Shown here one piece after another: positions 35,819-45,973 of a stretch of 53,190 nt of DNA. The notes below the pieces were generated by a model, which was not told the origin of the DNA, searched no databases, and saw only the letters and a program-made list of their open reading frames with translations. Source of the DNA: an uncultured Oscillospiraceae bacterium. GTDB taxonomy: Bacteria > Bacillota > Clostridia > Christensenellales > CAG-138. The stretch spans positions 1 through 53,190 of the forward strand of contig CAYMSL010000001.1 in the NCBI GenBank assembly GCA_964393095.1, written 5' to 3'. Positions within the stretch are counted from its first letter, which is position 1. Each line of letters starts with the position of its first letter. The translations under genes were made by a program, and so were the position numbers.

Positions 35819-37864
35819 CTATTCCATCCGCTTGACGCCAAGCCTTCCACGCAGCGCGTCCGCGTCATAGATCGGCGCTTCGCAGCGGCCGCCCTCGCAC
35901 AGATACGCGCCGGGCCGGGTTCCCGCTTCGAGAAAGTTTTGATAAAAACCGAACGCCTCCGCGAGTTTGCCGTCGGCAAAACAGAGCGTGCCAAAGGGTT
36001 GATAGGCGGCATTTACGATGTCAGCCAGCTTTGCGCCATCCTCGCCCGCGATCACAATCTGCCGCGACGCGCCGTTTAGGAGCATCATGCCGCACAGCGC
36101 AAAGCCAAACTGAAACGGCGCCGTCTCGATATCCGCGCCAAAGAAGGAGACGATCCCCTCCGCCTTCTCCATGAGCTGCGGCGCATCGCAAAGCTGCGCC
36201 AGCCGCACAAAATTGCCGATGCTGACGCTGTTGTAGGAGGGCAATGCGCCGTCGTGCAATTCCCGCGGCCGCGAAATCAGTTTCTCGCCCTCCTTTGCGG
36301 TTTGGTAGAGCGCGCCATTCTCGTAGAAATCATCGATGAGTATCCCGTTAAGCCGGTACGCTTGGCTTAGATATCTTACCTCGAATCCCGCCTGGTAAAG
36401 TTCGATCAAGCCCATGATGACAAACGCATAGTCCTCGGCCACGCCGCAAAAGCGCGCCTCGCCGTCGCGATAGCGCGTTAGGAGCTTTCCATCCGCGTCG
36501 AGCATATTCCTCAGGATAAAATCGGCGGCCGAGCGCGCCATAGTAAGATACGCGGCGCTGCCAAAGGCCCTCGCGGCATACGAGAGCGCGTAAATCATCA
36601 GGCCGTTCCAGCCGGCAAGTATTTTGTCGTCGCGCAGCGGACGAACCCGCTTTTGCCGATAAGCAAAGAGCGTTTTACGGCAATCGGCATAAAAGCCGTC
36701 GTATAGAATTTCTTCATAGCGCTTGTTTTCAATGAGGTTGAGTATGTTGCCGCCTTCGAAATTGCCCGCTTCGGATATGTCGTACGCCTGGCAAAACCGC
36801 TCGCCGTCCTCCGCGCCCAGCAGTTCCAGCACCTCCCGCTTGGTAAAGGTGTAAAACTTCCCTTCGCTGCCTTCGGAATCCGCATCCTCCGCGCTGAAAA
36901 ACGCGCCTTCCGCGGAGAGCATATCGCGCGCCGCGTATTGAAAGATCTCCTCGGCGACCCGCCGGTAAAAGACGTTTTTCGTAACGAGAAATGCCTCGAT
37001 ATAGGCCGCGGCGAGCAGGGCGTTGTCGTAGAGCATCTTTTCAAAGTGCGGCGCGAGCCACCGTTCATCGGTGGAATAGCGGCTAAATCCCCCGCCCACA
37101 TGGTCATAGATGCCACCGAGCGCCATTGAAGTCAGCGTTTTCTCCGCCATTTGCAGGGCCTGCTCGTCGTGATGGACATGATAATAGCGCATCAGCAGCA
37201 TCAGGTTGTGCGGCGAGGGAAACTTCGGCGCATGGCCAAAGCCGCCATATTTGTGGTCGAATCTTTGCCGAAGCTGCCGGAAGCCCTTTTGGATTGCCCC
37301 GGCATAATCGACGTTCTTTTTCCGCTCGCGCTCGCCGAGCGCCGAGAGAATTTCGCCGGACGCGGCGACAAGCCGCCGCCGGTCGCCCTGCCAGAGGTTG
37401 ATAAGCCGTGTCAGCAGCGTGACAAATCCCGGCCCGTATACGCCGTCGTGCCTTGGAAAATATGTTCCGGCAAGGAAGGGATGCTTTTGCCAATCCATAA
37501 ACACCGACATGGGCCAGCCGCCGCTGCCGGTGAGCAGCTCCGTAACGTTCATGTACACCGCGTCGATGTCCGCACGCTCCTCGCGATCGACCTTGACGCT
37601 GATAAAGTGCCGGTTCAACATATCGGCGACCTCCGCGTCTTCAAAGGATTCACGCTCCATGACGTGGCACCAATGGCAAGTCGGTAAAGTACACACTCGT
37701 CACGAATACCCAATAGAAAGGAAAACCGGCTTATCTTCGGCTTTGGCTTTCGTAAAAGCTTCGTCCCCCCACGGAAACCAATCCACGGGATTATATGCGT
37801 GTTGAAGCAGATAAGGAGATTTTTCATTTATCAATCTATTGGGTATTCTTGTCGAATTTGTCAT
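35819..37864 (-). pseudogene. thioredoxin-domain / DUF255 (YyaL-like) gene interrupted by an in-frame TGA at a GC-content junction
   Basis: 35819-37696 encodes ...TCHWCHVMERESFED... plus a six-hairpin glycosidase-like body in high-GC sequence. 37703-37864 encodes the missing N-terminus ([54 protein letters not shown]) in low-GC sequence, in the same frame. The two parts are separated by TGA (37702-37700) inside a 7-codon insertion. Confidence 0.7.
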
Positions 37865-38135
37865 AGGGCATCACCTGCCTTTCATCAATACATTTAAGCA
37901 TTATTATGCACAAAGATGGGAATACTTATTCATGTCCGCAAAGCCGACAGCATTGATCATTATCATTTTTTTACGAACAGAAAGCTATACGTGATTGGTA
38001 ATTGTGTTTTAAGAAACTGTATCAAGTTTGGCCAGAGCAAGTAATTTGTTAATTTTATGTTTTAAGCAAATGCAAACATCGCTATCACTGCCAAAACGAA
38101 TCGAGAAACGGGAATTTAGCCCTTTCATGTTATGC

Positions 38136-38648
38136 TTATACCATTCTATAAAAGATAATATAAATAATTGTGCAATTTAAAAATAAAATTCCGATACACA
38201 ATATGACCGAAAGCCATTTTGGTATTTTGCATATTTCTCTAAATCCTATAATATCCCCAAAGTCAAAAATACTTCCGAGAACAAAATAAATGCTGTCGCC
38301 CGCTAAAAATACCATTGATAAAAAGCATAATCCAACCTTGATCCAACTACTTTCAACCGCGAGATACACGAACAGAAACAAAAATCCTAATGTTGTTGTT
38401 GCAATAAAACCGCCTATTGCTATAAAAGCCCACTTTTTATCCGTTTGTGAAGATTGATAATCTGTTGGCTCATTCTCCCAAAATACTCTTGTTCCACCGT
38501 AGTAAGTAAGCCATTGAATATGTGTCGCCTTTACTCCGAGTATTGACGCTACAAGAACATGCGAGCATTCATGAACTAAATGCTGCAAGCAAACAGCTAT
38601 TAAAAAACCCGTTATCGCTATTATAGGTTGGACAAGCTCACCCCTCAT
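38136..38648 (-). CDS. membrane protein with HExxH motif (putative DUF3267-like zincin)
   Basis: AT-rich gene. HLVHECSHVLV contains HExxH within or next to a TM helix, and about 5 TM segments are present. The start is uncertain (ATG 38648 or TTG 38717). Confidence 0.5.
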   Translation of the reverse strand: MRGELVQPIIAITGFLIAVCLQHLVHECSHVLVASILGVKATHIQWLTYYGGTRVFWENEPTDYQSSQTDKKWAFIAIGGFIATTTLGFLFLFVYLAVESSWIKVGLCFLSMVFLAGDSIYFVLGSIFDFGDIIGFREICKIPKWLSVILCIGILFLNCTIIYIIFYRMV

Positions 38649-38720
38649 GCATGTAATAAATAGTCGGCATCTCAATCGATCTGATAAATTCCAGTTTGCC
38701 AATTTCGAAGGACTCAAGGT

Positions 38721-39710
38721 TTATGACGAAGACGACGCCGCCGCTGCGTTGGAGGCGGAAATCGCCGCGATCATGGCGGCTTGCTGCGCGATAATAATAT
38801 TGGTGATACTGGTGGAAAGCGTTGCCGTCAACACCCCGTCTTTGACGCGCTCGGCATAATTGCCCGCGACAATGGACGCCGCATACAAAAGCAGCTCCTG
38901 TGTTGGGACGGACAACGGGCCAAATCCTTTTTGCGCTCGCAAGGTTTCCCGCGCCGCGCCGATATCGCGGACAATCGCGTCAGGCGCCACCGGCAGCAGG
39001 GCGAGGATTCCCAAAATCGGCAGGATATAGGCTTTATCCAGCTTAATTTTTTGCGCCCGCAGCGTATCTCGTAAGGTAAGAACACGATCAGCAGCGTCGT
39101 CAGCCGAACCGCCGAGCACCAGCACCTGCGCCAAAGCCTGAACGCTGTTTTTATCCCAAAACTCGCCTTTCAACCGGCTGTAAAGCTGTTCAATGCGCTC
39201 TGTTCCCACCGCGGGATCTAAATCCGTCAGCCCCAGCATCGCCGCGAAGATATAATCATCCTGCCCGGTATGGAAGAAATGGTGCGCTTTCATGCCATCG
39301 TAAAAACGCCGTGTGCGGGCTACGGTGTGCGCATACGCTGGAGCGTCAGACTGTGCCGCGATCTGATAGGCGGCAATCGCCAGAAAGTCGGAAGCATGGA
39401 GCCTCGCTTCTTTCAATAAGTCATAGACCGCCAGCGTTTCGCTGAATCGCGCCTGAGGATCGGGGGACAGCGAGAGCAGGGCCGCTATGCATAGTACCAT
39501 ATTCCCCCGAAAGGCGGAGAACCCGCCGGTGTTCTGCTTAATCAAACTGTGGCACTGCCGGATGGCTTCGCAATCAACCGTCTTGCCCTCCTGGGCGTAC
39601 AGAAGCGCCGCAAGCCGCTTTGTTAGGGTGTTTTGCCAAGCGAATCCTTTTTTGATGATTTGTGCGTTATCCGCAAAGAGCTCCAGCTTGTTTTGTATGG
39701 TGTATTTCAT
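38721..39710 (-). CDS. DUF4003-like protein
   Basis: 329 aa. The N-terminal pattern (KLELFADNAQIIKKGFAWQNTL...GGFSAFRGNMVLCIAALLS) resembles Firmicutes DUF4003 proteins as I recall them. RBS TAAGGAGG. Confidence 0.5.
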   Translation of the reverse strand: MKYTIQNKLELFADNAQIIKKGFAWQNTLTKRLAALLYAQEGKTVDCEAIRQCHSLIKQNTGGFSAFRGNMVLCIAALLSLSPDPQARFSETLAVYDLLKEARLHASDFLAIAAYQIAAQSDAPAYAHTVARTRRFYDGMKAHHFFHTGQDDYIFAAMLGLTDLDPAVGTERIEQLYSRLKGEFWDKNSVQALAQVLVLGGSADDAADRVLTLRDTLRAQKIKLDKAYILPILGILALLPVAPDAIVRDIGAARETLRAQKGFGPLSVPTQELLLYAASIVAGNYAERVKDGVLTATLSTSITNIIIAQQAAMIAAISASNAAAASSSS

Positions 39711-39737
39711 GTAAATATGGCCTCCTTAAATTCCCAC

Positions 39738-40159
39738 TTATCTGCTCACTATGTCCACGATCTTTAGCGCAAAATCGCTTGCTTCCTTTAAATCCTTAGA
39801 ATTTGGATGATTGAACGATACAAATAATATCGCTCCTTTACAAACAAACTCGTCGATTACTTTTATCCCCTTTTCTTCGAGTAAACTACACACTGCGGTC
39901 TGTCGTTGCTTACCTAAAGCACAGTTGGTTACAAGCGCAGCATGCTTGAGCGCGGGGGTATCCATTCCCTTAATATACGCCAATAATTCCGGCATGCTGA
40001 CGCCGCCATAGATACCGCCAACTATGAAAAGTAATTCGCTATCCTGTAAGATCGGATTTTCTGTTATCTCTTTGGCTTTGACATTCAAAGCCGAACCGAT
40101 CGCTTCAGCCAATTTTTTGAGTGTTTGGTTTTAGTTGCATAAATAACTGCGGTCTTCAA
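39738..40159 (-). pseudogene. flavodoxin-like gene with a -1 frameshift in an A6 run
   Basis: The downstream frame gives (L)AEAIGSALNV...LFIVGGIYGG... (flavodoxin-like). The expected N-terminus KTAVIYATKTKHSK is in another frame starting at TTG 40159. The frames meet at CTCAAAAAATTGG (~40103-40112). Confidence 0.6.
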
Positions 40160-40236
40160 TATTTTGTTGCCTCATGCGGTTTCCGGTGCGTATTTTTGTG
40201 TGCCATGCGCGGAGAAAGTCACTTAGGTATGGCCAT

Positions 40237-40854
40237 TCATTGCTTTAAAGACTTTCGCACGACAAAATATCTTAAGTCGTATTTGCCTTTATACTTATCA
40301 TTCACCTCTTGAAAAACCACAAAACCGTTTCTTTTATATAGGTCCAGCGGCCCGCTAAAAGCGCTGAACTCATCTGCAAAATGCTGTTCCGGGTATGCTT
40401 CGATCATATGAAATCCTTCGTTTTGCGCATCCTGGCAAGCACGTTCTAATAACTTTGAGGCAATCCCTTTTCGTCTGAATTTTGGTGAAATCGTGAAACA
40501 ATAAATGGATTTAACCTTATCATCCGATTCTGTTGGGTTCACAGCAGTTTTAAATCGCAACCACCCGTCACAATTCAAGCAACTAGACTTTGTATTTGTG
40601 TTGCACCAACCTACAACCTTTTCATTTGCATACGCCAAATATCCTTGAATCATGTCATTATTGATATATTGGATTGCCGCTTCTCGTCTTTTTCCCGGAG
40701 AAGAAAAATCCACATCGCTATGATGGTCGGCGCTGCACCAGCCAACACAATAGCATCTATCCTCATTCGGATTATCCGCATGGGCATCCGTTTCAAAAAA
40801 ACGTAAATAATCTTCTAACAGGTCGGGTGTCAATTTGCGAATTTCAATATTCAT
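40237..40854 (-). CDS. GNAT-family N-acetyltransferase
   Basis: 205 aa, AT-rich. The acetyl-CoA binding region is ISPKFRRKGIASKLLERA (Q/RxxGxG/A-type motif). RBS GGAGG. Confidence 0.75.
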   Translation of the reverse strand: MNIEIRKLTPDLLEDYLRFFETDAHADNPNEDRCYCVGWCSADHHSDVDFSSPGKRREAAIQYINNDMIQGYLAYANEKVVGWCNTNTKSSCLNCDGWLRFKTAVNPTESDDKVKSIYCFTISPKFRRKGIASKLLERACQDAQNEGFHMIEAYPEQHFADEFSAFSGPLDLYKRNGFVVFQEVNDKYKGKYDLRYFVVRKSLKQ

Positions 40855-40888
40855 TTACAGCCTCCGTAAATATCAATACTCCGCTTTT

Positions 40889-42598
40889 TTATCTCATCCG
40901 CCGCACAAGCGCGCGCACTTCTTCTTCGGTGCCGCAGCGAAGCGCCTGCGCCGCAAGCGTTTTGAGTTCCCCGCTGCTGTGCGCGGCCAGCGCCGCCTTC
41001 ACCTCGGCGATGGCCGAGCCGCTCATGCTGAGTTTTTTTAGTCCCATGCCCGCAAGCAGCAGCACCGCGTCCGGATCACCGCCCATCTCTCCGCAGATCG
41101 AGAGCGGCTTACCCGCCGCATCAAACGCGTCGATCACATGCCGGAGCGTGCGCAGCATAGCCGGAGAAAAGCTCTGATAATAGCGGGCGGCCGCGGCGTT
41201 CATACGGTCCGCCGCGCAGAGATACTGGCAGAGGTCGTTCGTACCGATGGATGCAAAATCCACCGCCTCCGCGGCAAGGTCCGCGATCACGGCGATGGCC
41301 GGAATTTCGATCATGATGCCGATCGGCACCTCGCCCATCGCCACGCCTTCCGCCGCCAGCTCCTCGCGCGCCGACAGCGCGGCGGCCTTGGCCCGCGCGA
41401 TGTCGTCGAGACTCCCCACCATGGGGAACATAATCTGCAGCCTGCCGAACACGGAGGCGCGGTACGCCGCGCGCAGCTGGCTGCGGAAGATGTCCTCCTC
41501 GTCGAGGCAGAGCCGGAGCGCGCGCCTGCCGAGGAAGGGGTTTTCCTCCTCCGGAAGCGCGAGATAGGGCAGTTTTTTATCGCCGCCGATATCCAGCGTG
41601 CGAAGCGTTACGGGCTTGCCCTCCGCAAGCAGCAGGACACGGCGGTAGGCTTCAAACTGTTCCTGCTCGGACGGCAGATGATCGCTCTCCATATAGAGAA
41701 ATTCCGTGCGGAACAGCCCGACAAAATCCGCGTGGCGATAGTGCTCGTCCGGCGCGTCGGACCCGATGTTGAGCCCGATCTCCAGCCGCACGCCATCGCT
41801 TGTACGGGCCTCCAGGTTCAGATAGCGCGCCGCCAGCGTACGCTGGGCGCGAAACTCCTCCGCACGGGCGCGGTACGACGCGAGCGTTGCTTCGTTTGGC
41901 GAACGCAGTACGCGACCCTCCACAGCGTCGAGGATCAACGCTTCGCCGTCTTGCACAAGTTCGAGCGCGTCGGCAACGCCAAGCACTGCGGGGATGTTCA
42001 TGCTCTTTGCGATGATGGCGGAATGCGAGGCCGCGGCGCCGACCTCGGTGATGATGCCGAGCACGTTTTCACGATCCATCGTCGCCGTGTCGCTCGGCAG
42101 CAGATCGTGGGCGACGATGATCACCGGCCCGGGCAGGCGGCTCAGATTTTTCTCCTCCCCGCCGCTAAGCAGCCGCAGCAGGCGGTTGCGCACGTCCCAC
42201 AGATCCGCCGTACGGCTTGCGATGGTAGCGTCCTGCACGCCCGAAAGCAGCGCGATAAACGCCTCGAAGGCCTCGCTCACGGCATATTCCGCGTTGCGGT
42301 GCTCCACGTCGACGCCCTCGTAAATCGCCTCGAGCACCTCTTCGTCGTTGAGCAGTTCCTCGTGCGCCGCAAAAATCATCGCCTGCCCGGCAGCCGATTC
42401 GGGAAAGGACGCGCGTGTGCGCTTAAGCTCCGCGATCGCGGCCTGCCGCGCTAGCTCAAAGCGCGCGCGCTCCGCCGCAGCACCTCCGGCCGCGCAATCG
42501 CCCTGCCGCACCACATAGACGGCCGGCCGGTATCGATAGGCCGCGCCGATGGCGATGCCGCGCGAGACCGGTGTGCCGCGATATAGCGTCTCCTTCAC
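40889..42598 (-). CDS. ptsI: phosphoenolpyruvate-protein phosphotransferase (PTS Enzyme I)
   Basis: Motifs GTPVSRGIAIG, active-site region GGAASHSAIIAKSMNIPAV, TIM-barrel motifs LRTLDIGGDK and GTNDLCQY. The start is chosen as GTG 42598 (RBS GGGGAGG, 17 nt after the ptsH stop). A TTG at 42637 is an alternative. Confidence 0.9.
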   Translation of the reverse strand: MKETLYRGTPVSRGIAIGAAYRYRPAVYVVRQGDCAAGGAAAERARFELARQAAIAELKRTRASFPESAAGQAMIFAAHEELLNDEEVLEAIYEGVDVEHRNAEYAVSEAFEAFIALLSGVQDATIASRTADLWDVRNRLLRLLSGGEEKNLSRLPGPVIIVAHDLLPSDTATMDRENVLGIITEVGAAASHSAIIAKSMNIPAVLGVADALELVQDGEALILDAVEGRVLRSPNEATLASYRARAEEFRAQRTLAARYLNLEARTSDGVRLEIGLNIGSDAPDEHYRHADFVGLFRTEFLYMESDHLPSEQEQFEAYRRVLLLAEGKPVTLRTLDIGGDKKLPYLALPEEENPFLGRRALRLCLDEEDIFRSQLRAAYRASVFGRLQIMFPMVGSLDDIARAKAAALSAREELAAEGVAMGEVPIGIMIEIPAIAVIADLAAEAVDFASIGTNDLCQYLCAADRMNAAAARYYQSFSPAMLRTLRHVIDAFDAAGKPLSICGEMGGDPDAVLLLAGMGLKKLSMSGSAIAEVKAALAAHSSGELKTLAAQALRCGTEEEVRALVRRMR

Positions 42599-42614
42599 GA
42601 TATCCTCCCCGCGC

Positions 42615-42890
42615 TCATTCGCCAAAGCCGGTTCCAATCAGCGCCGCAAGTGCGTCGGCGGCCTGCTGTTCGTCGACGCCGTCCGCGGCGATCTCCGCCT
42701 CGCTGCCCTGGGAAAGGCCGGCTGACAATACGCGAAGCAAAGACTTGGCGTTGACCGGCGCGCTCCCCTCGACGCTGAGGTTTTGCACGGTAATGGCGGC
42801 GGCATACTTCTTGGCCTGCGTTACAAACTCCGTCGCGGGTCTTGCGTGCAAGCCGGTTGCGTTGATGATTACGGCGCGTCTTGTCACCAT
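42615..42890 (-). CDS. ptsH: phosphocarrier protein HPr
   Basis: 91 aa. It has the His15 motif GLHARPA and a Ser46-like NAKSLL region. Confidence 0.85.
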   Translation of the reverse strand: MVTRRAVIINATGLHARPATEFVTQAKKYAAAITVQNLSVEGSAPVNAKSLLRVLSAGLSQGSEAEIAADGVDEQQAADALAALIGTGFGE

Positions 42891-42913
42891 GAGTATGCCT
42901 CCCGGATCATTTT

Positions 42914-43699
42914 CTATATCAGGCCGCAGTGGAGAAAGGCATGATACACGCCGTCGTCCTCGCAGGCCGCCGTTACATAATCCGCCGCGGCAAGAACCGC
43001 GGGCGTTCCGTTTGCCATGGCAACGGAAAAACCGGCGTTTTGCAGCATTGAAACATCGTTGTCGCTGTCCCCTACGGCCATGGTTTCCTCGGCGGCGATA
43101 GCAAAATGCCGCAGCATGGCCATAATACCCGCCTGCTTTCCGCCGCTTTCCGCAGCGATGTCATAGATGCCGGGCACCCAGCCTACCGTTGTGCTGTGCA
43201 ACAGCCGCGGGCGCAGGAGCTCCGCCTCGCGCTTTGCGTCGAGGTAAAGCGTGATTCCATATACGTCGCGCGCCGGCTCCATCTCCCGAATCTCGGGAAG
43301 GGGCAAACCAAGGTCTTTGTTGTGCCGCCGCACGGTTTCGTCGATGCGGCTGATGAAGATTGCGTCCTCATAGCAATAGGAATAGGGAATGCGGTGCGTT
43401 TCGCCAAGCGCCTTGACCGCGCGCACATCCTCGGGATTCAGCGGCGCCTTTAAAACGACCGTTCCGTCTACAGTATAGCAGTATTGGCCGGTCAGGGCCA
43501 CGTAACCGTCGAAGCAATCCGGCAGTTCCTCGAGCACATAGCTTTCCTCACGCACCCGCAGGTGGCGGCCCGTCGCAAGGAAGAGGCGCACACCGCGCGC
43601 CTTTGCCCCCAGCAATGCTTTCCGCGTACGCGGGGCGGCGCGATGCGTTTTGATGCTCACGAGCGTGCCGTCGACGTCGAGAAAGACCGCGCGGATCAT
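42914..43699 (-). CDS. Cof-type HAD-IIB sugar phosphatase
   Basis: Trimmed to MIRAVFLDVDGTL (DxDGT). GDSDNDVSML and AMANG motifs are present. Confidence 0.85.
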   Translation of the reverse strand: MIRAVFLDVDGTLVSIKTHRAAPRTRKALLGAKARGVRLFLATGRHLRVREESYVLEELPDCFDGYVALTGQYCYTVDGTVVLKAPLNPEDVRAVKALGETHRIPYSYCYEDAIFISRIDETVRRHNKDLGLPLPEIREMEPARDVYGITLYLDAKREAELLRPRLLHSTTVGWVPGIYDIAAESGGKQAGIMAMLRHFAIAAEETMAVGDSDNDVSMLQNAGFSVAMANGTPAVLAAADYVTAACEDDGVYHAFLHCGLI

Positions 43700-43799
43700 C
43701 GTTTTATCGGCGCCGGACGCCCGGCACATCCCCTTGTGCGCACGCCGCGCCGTGTTCCCGTCAAAAGCTTCACCCTATTCCCTGTTCCATCCGGCGGCG

Positions 43800-44555
43800 T
43801 CACGGCCGGCCATAGTCGCCGCGCTCGATTTGCGCAAAGAGCGCTTTGTTCCATTCGTCCCCGCCGTCGACGTTCGAACTCAGAAACACCGGCGGCTCCA
43901 ACCCATCCGCGCGGAAAAGCCCGGCAATCTCCATGCCAAGCTTCTGCGCAACATAGCACCCGGCAATCGACGACGTTGCGCCCATCATCGCCTTGCAGCC
44001 TTCGATATGGCAGGAGACGTCCCCATCGTCGCCGCAATTGTCGATGACCACATCCGCGCAGTCGCCGAGCTTTTTCCCCGACGGGTGCCGGGAAGCCTGC
44101 AGCGCGCCGCCCGCAAGCGACGTCAGCGCGACGATGAAAACGCCGCGCGCCCTCGCGCGTATCGCGAGTTCAACCATCATCGCGTTGCGGCCGGAGTTGG
44201 AGGCGAGCAGCAGCGTATCGCCTTTTGTAAGCGGATACATGGCAAGCAGCACCCCGGCGTAGGAGGCCTCGCGCTCAAGCAATGTGCTCTTATGCGGATG
44301 CTCGTGCAGCATCAGTTCCGGCGGCAGCATCGGAGAAACGCAGCCAAGCCCGCCGGCGCGCGTATACATCTCCTCGGCGATCATATGCGAATGACCGCTT
44401 CCGAGCAGGTAGAAACGCCGCCCGGCGCGAATCGAGCGGTAGGCCGCCTTTGCCGCGCTTTGGATCGCCGCGGCCTGCGTTGTTTCGATAAGCCCGAGTT
44501 TCTCCTGCACAATCCGCAAAAACGACTCCGGCCCAAAGCCTTGTTCACCAGCCAT
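43800..44555 (-). CDS. SIS-domain protein (UPF0309-like sugar-phosphate isomerase/binding protein)
   Basis: Trimmed to MAGEQGFGPESFL.... RRFYLLGSGHSHMIAEE and LLLASNSGRNAMMVE are typical of the UPF0309/SIS family. Confidence 0.7.
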   Translation of the reverse strand: MAGEQGFGPESFLRIVQEKLGLIETTQAAAIQSAAKAAYRSIRAGRRFYLLGSGHSHMIAEEMYTRAGGLGCVSPMLPPELMLHEHPHKSTLLEREASYAGVLLAMYPLTKGDTLLLASNSGRNAMMVELAIRARARGVFIVALTSLAGGALQASRHPSGKKLGDCADVVIDNCGDDGDVSCHIEGCKAMMGATSSIAGCYVAQKLGMEIAGLFRADGLEPPVFLSSNVDGGDEWNKALFAQIERGDYGRP

Positions 44556-45912
44556 AACGTTCCGGCCCCCATTCGGAATAGGATAGCGTTTGTTCGAGCT
44601 TGACCGCCGTGTTGTGCGGCACGTCCTGCGTGATGATCGCGCCGGGCGCGATGACGCTGTACGCGCCGATCTTGACGCCCGGCTGCAAAATGACCCCGGC
44701 TCCTGTGCGGCAGTAGTCGCCGATGTAGGAGCAGTTGTCAAACAGGGTGGCAACGCGCTCGCGCCGCCCCTTGACGCGCTGGATTGTCCGGTCGTCATCA
44801 AAGCGCAGCGTGCCGCAAAGCGTTCCGACGCCGATGTCGGTATACGAGCCGATAAGGCCGTATAGTTCCGCGGTGTGGTAGAGATATACCTTGTCGAGAA
44901 TCATTCCGCCGAGAAACTCCGCGCCATGGTCGATGATGCAGTCGCTGCCGATCGTGCTGTACCCGTATACCTGGGCGTAGTTGCGAATGCTCGTTCGCGC
45001 GCCGATTAGCGCTTCGCCGAGTATCATCGCGCCGTTGTCGATCGCGCTGCCGTCGCCGAGTATCACGTTGCCCTGAATCAGAACATTTCTGCCGATGCGC
45101 GCGTTTTCGCCGAGCGATACAAAGCCCTCGATCTGTGCCGACGCATCGATGCCGGAGCCCCTGCCAAGCCGGTTCTCTGTCAACGCGCGGCAAGCCTCGT
45201 GCCTAAAGTAGGCGTCCGCCTCCATGAGCTGCCAGGGCTTGTCGATATCGAAGCAATAGCCCTTGCCTTCGATCGCCGCGATGGGCTGCTCCGCCAGCGC
45301 GTCGAACAGCGCCGCTTCGAGATACCGTTCGCAGGGCGCGCCCTCCCCCACCTTCATGCCCGGAAAGTACTCGGGCGTCGCGGGAAGCCGCGCGCTCAAC
45401 GCGCGGTTGAGCCGGAAGGCCGCCATGCGCTCTTGCAGGCCGTCTCCGCGCTGATGCGCGCCAATGGCCGCGATTCGCCCTTGCTCGGTACGGCAGCAGA
45501 TCCATGCCGATGGATCCCCGATCTCAGAATAGACGAGCGCCGCCGGTGTTTTCGCCGCGAGCAGCGCGTTAAGATCCGCCGGGTCGAGCAGCGTATCGCC
45601 GTAGAGCACGAGATACTCCTCCGGCTCGTATCTCTTTACGAGCGCCAGCAGCGTATCCGCCGTCCCCATGGTCTCCTCCACGCAGCATACCTCGGCGGCG
45701 GAAATCTCCATGCAGCACTTTGTCACCGCGCCGCGAAACGACGGCTTGATTGCCACATAGATGGGCGCGTCCGTACAGGCGCGCACCGCCTCCATGCTCC
45801 TTAGCAGCAGCGGTTTGTTGGCCACCGGACGAAGGCACTTCGGCCCGACCTTATCAAACGGAAACAGCTTTGTCCCGCTGCCCGCCGCGAGAATAAACAC
45901 CGGCATACTCAT
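44545..45912 (-). CDS. GlmU-like sugar-1-phosphate nucleotidyltransferase with C-terminal left-handed beta-helix
   Basis: N-terminal NTP-transferase motif FILAAGSGTKLFPF. The C-terminal half is rich in hexapeptide repeats (IGRNVLIQGNVILGDGSAIDNGAMILGEALIGARTSI...). RBS GAGGAAG. Confidence 0.7.
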   Translation of the reverse strand: MSMPVFILAAGSGTKLFPFDKVGPKCLRPVANKPLLLRSMEAVRACTDAPIYVAIKPSFRGAVTKCCMEISAAEVCCVEETMGTADTLLALVKRYEPEEYLVLYGDTLLDPADLNALLAAKTPAALVYSEIGDPSAWICCRTEQGRIAAIGAHQRGDGLQERMAAFRLNRALSARLPATPEYFPGMKVGEGAPCERYLEAALFDALAEQPIAAIEGKGYCFDIDKPWQLMEADAYFRHEACRALTENRLGRGSGIDASAQIEGFVSLGENARIGRNVLIQGNVILGDGSAIDNGAMILGEALIGARTSIRNYAQVYGYSTIGSDCIIDHGAEFLGGMILDKVYLYHTAELYGLIGSYTDIGVGTLCGTLRFDDDRTIQRVKGRRERVATLFDNCSYIGDYCRTGAGVILQPGVKIGAYSVIAPGAIITQDVPHNTAVKLEQTLSYSEWGPERYGW

Positions 45913-45973
45913 AACGGCACTTCCTCGTTTGCACACTTGTCTACGTACTTCCCGCGATTTTTCGCGCCTTGCT

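Noticed and set aside
37700-37702. In-frame TGA in the thioredoxin-domain gene read as selenocysteine, since it lies next to a CxxC redox motif.
   Set aside because: The TGA lies in a 7-codon insertion absent from the family consensus, exactly at a GC-content junction. No SECIS-like hairpin is apparent downstream, and TGA is used as a normal stop elsewhere (for example ptsH). A recombination scar or pseudogene is more parsimonious.
37681-40885. Imperfect direct repeat at the island borders (CGGTAAAGTACACACTCG near 37681 versus CCGTAAATATCAATACTCCG near 40863) as att-like sites.
   Set aside because: Only ~65% identity with a gap. This is easily chance in AT-rich junction sequence, and there is no recombinase gene to support it.
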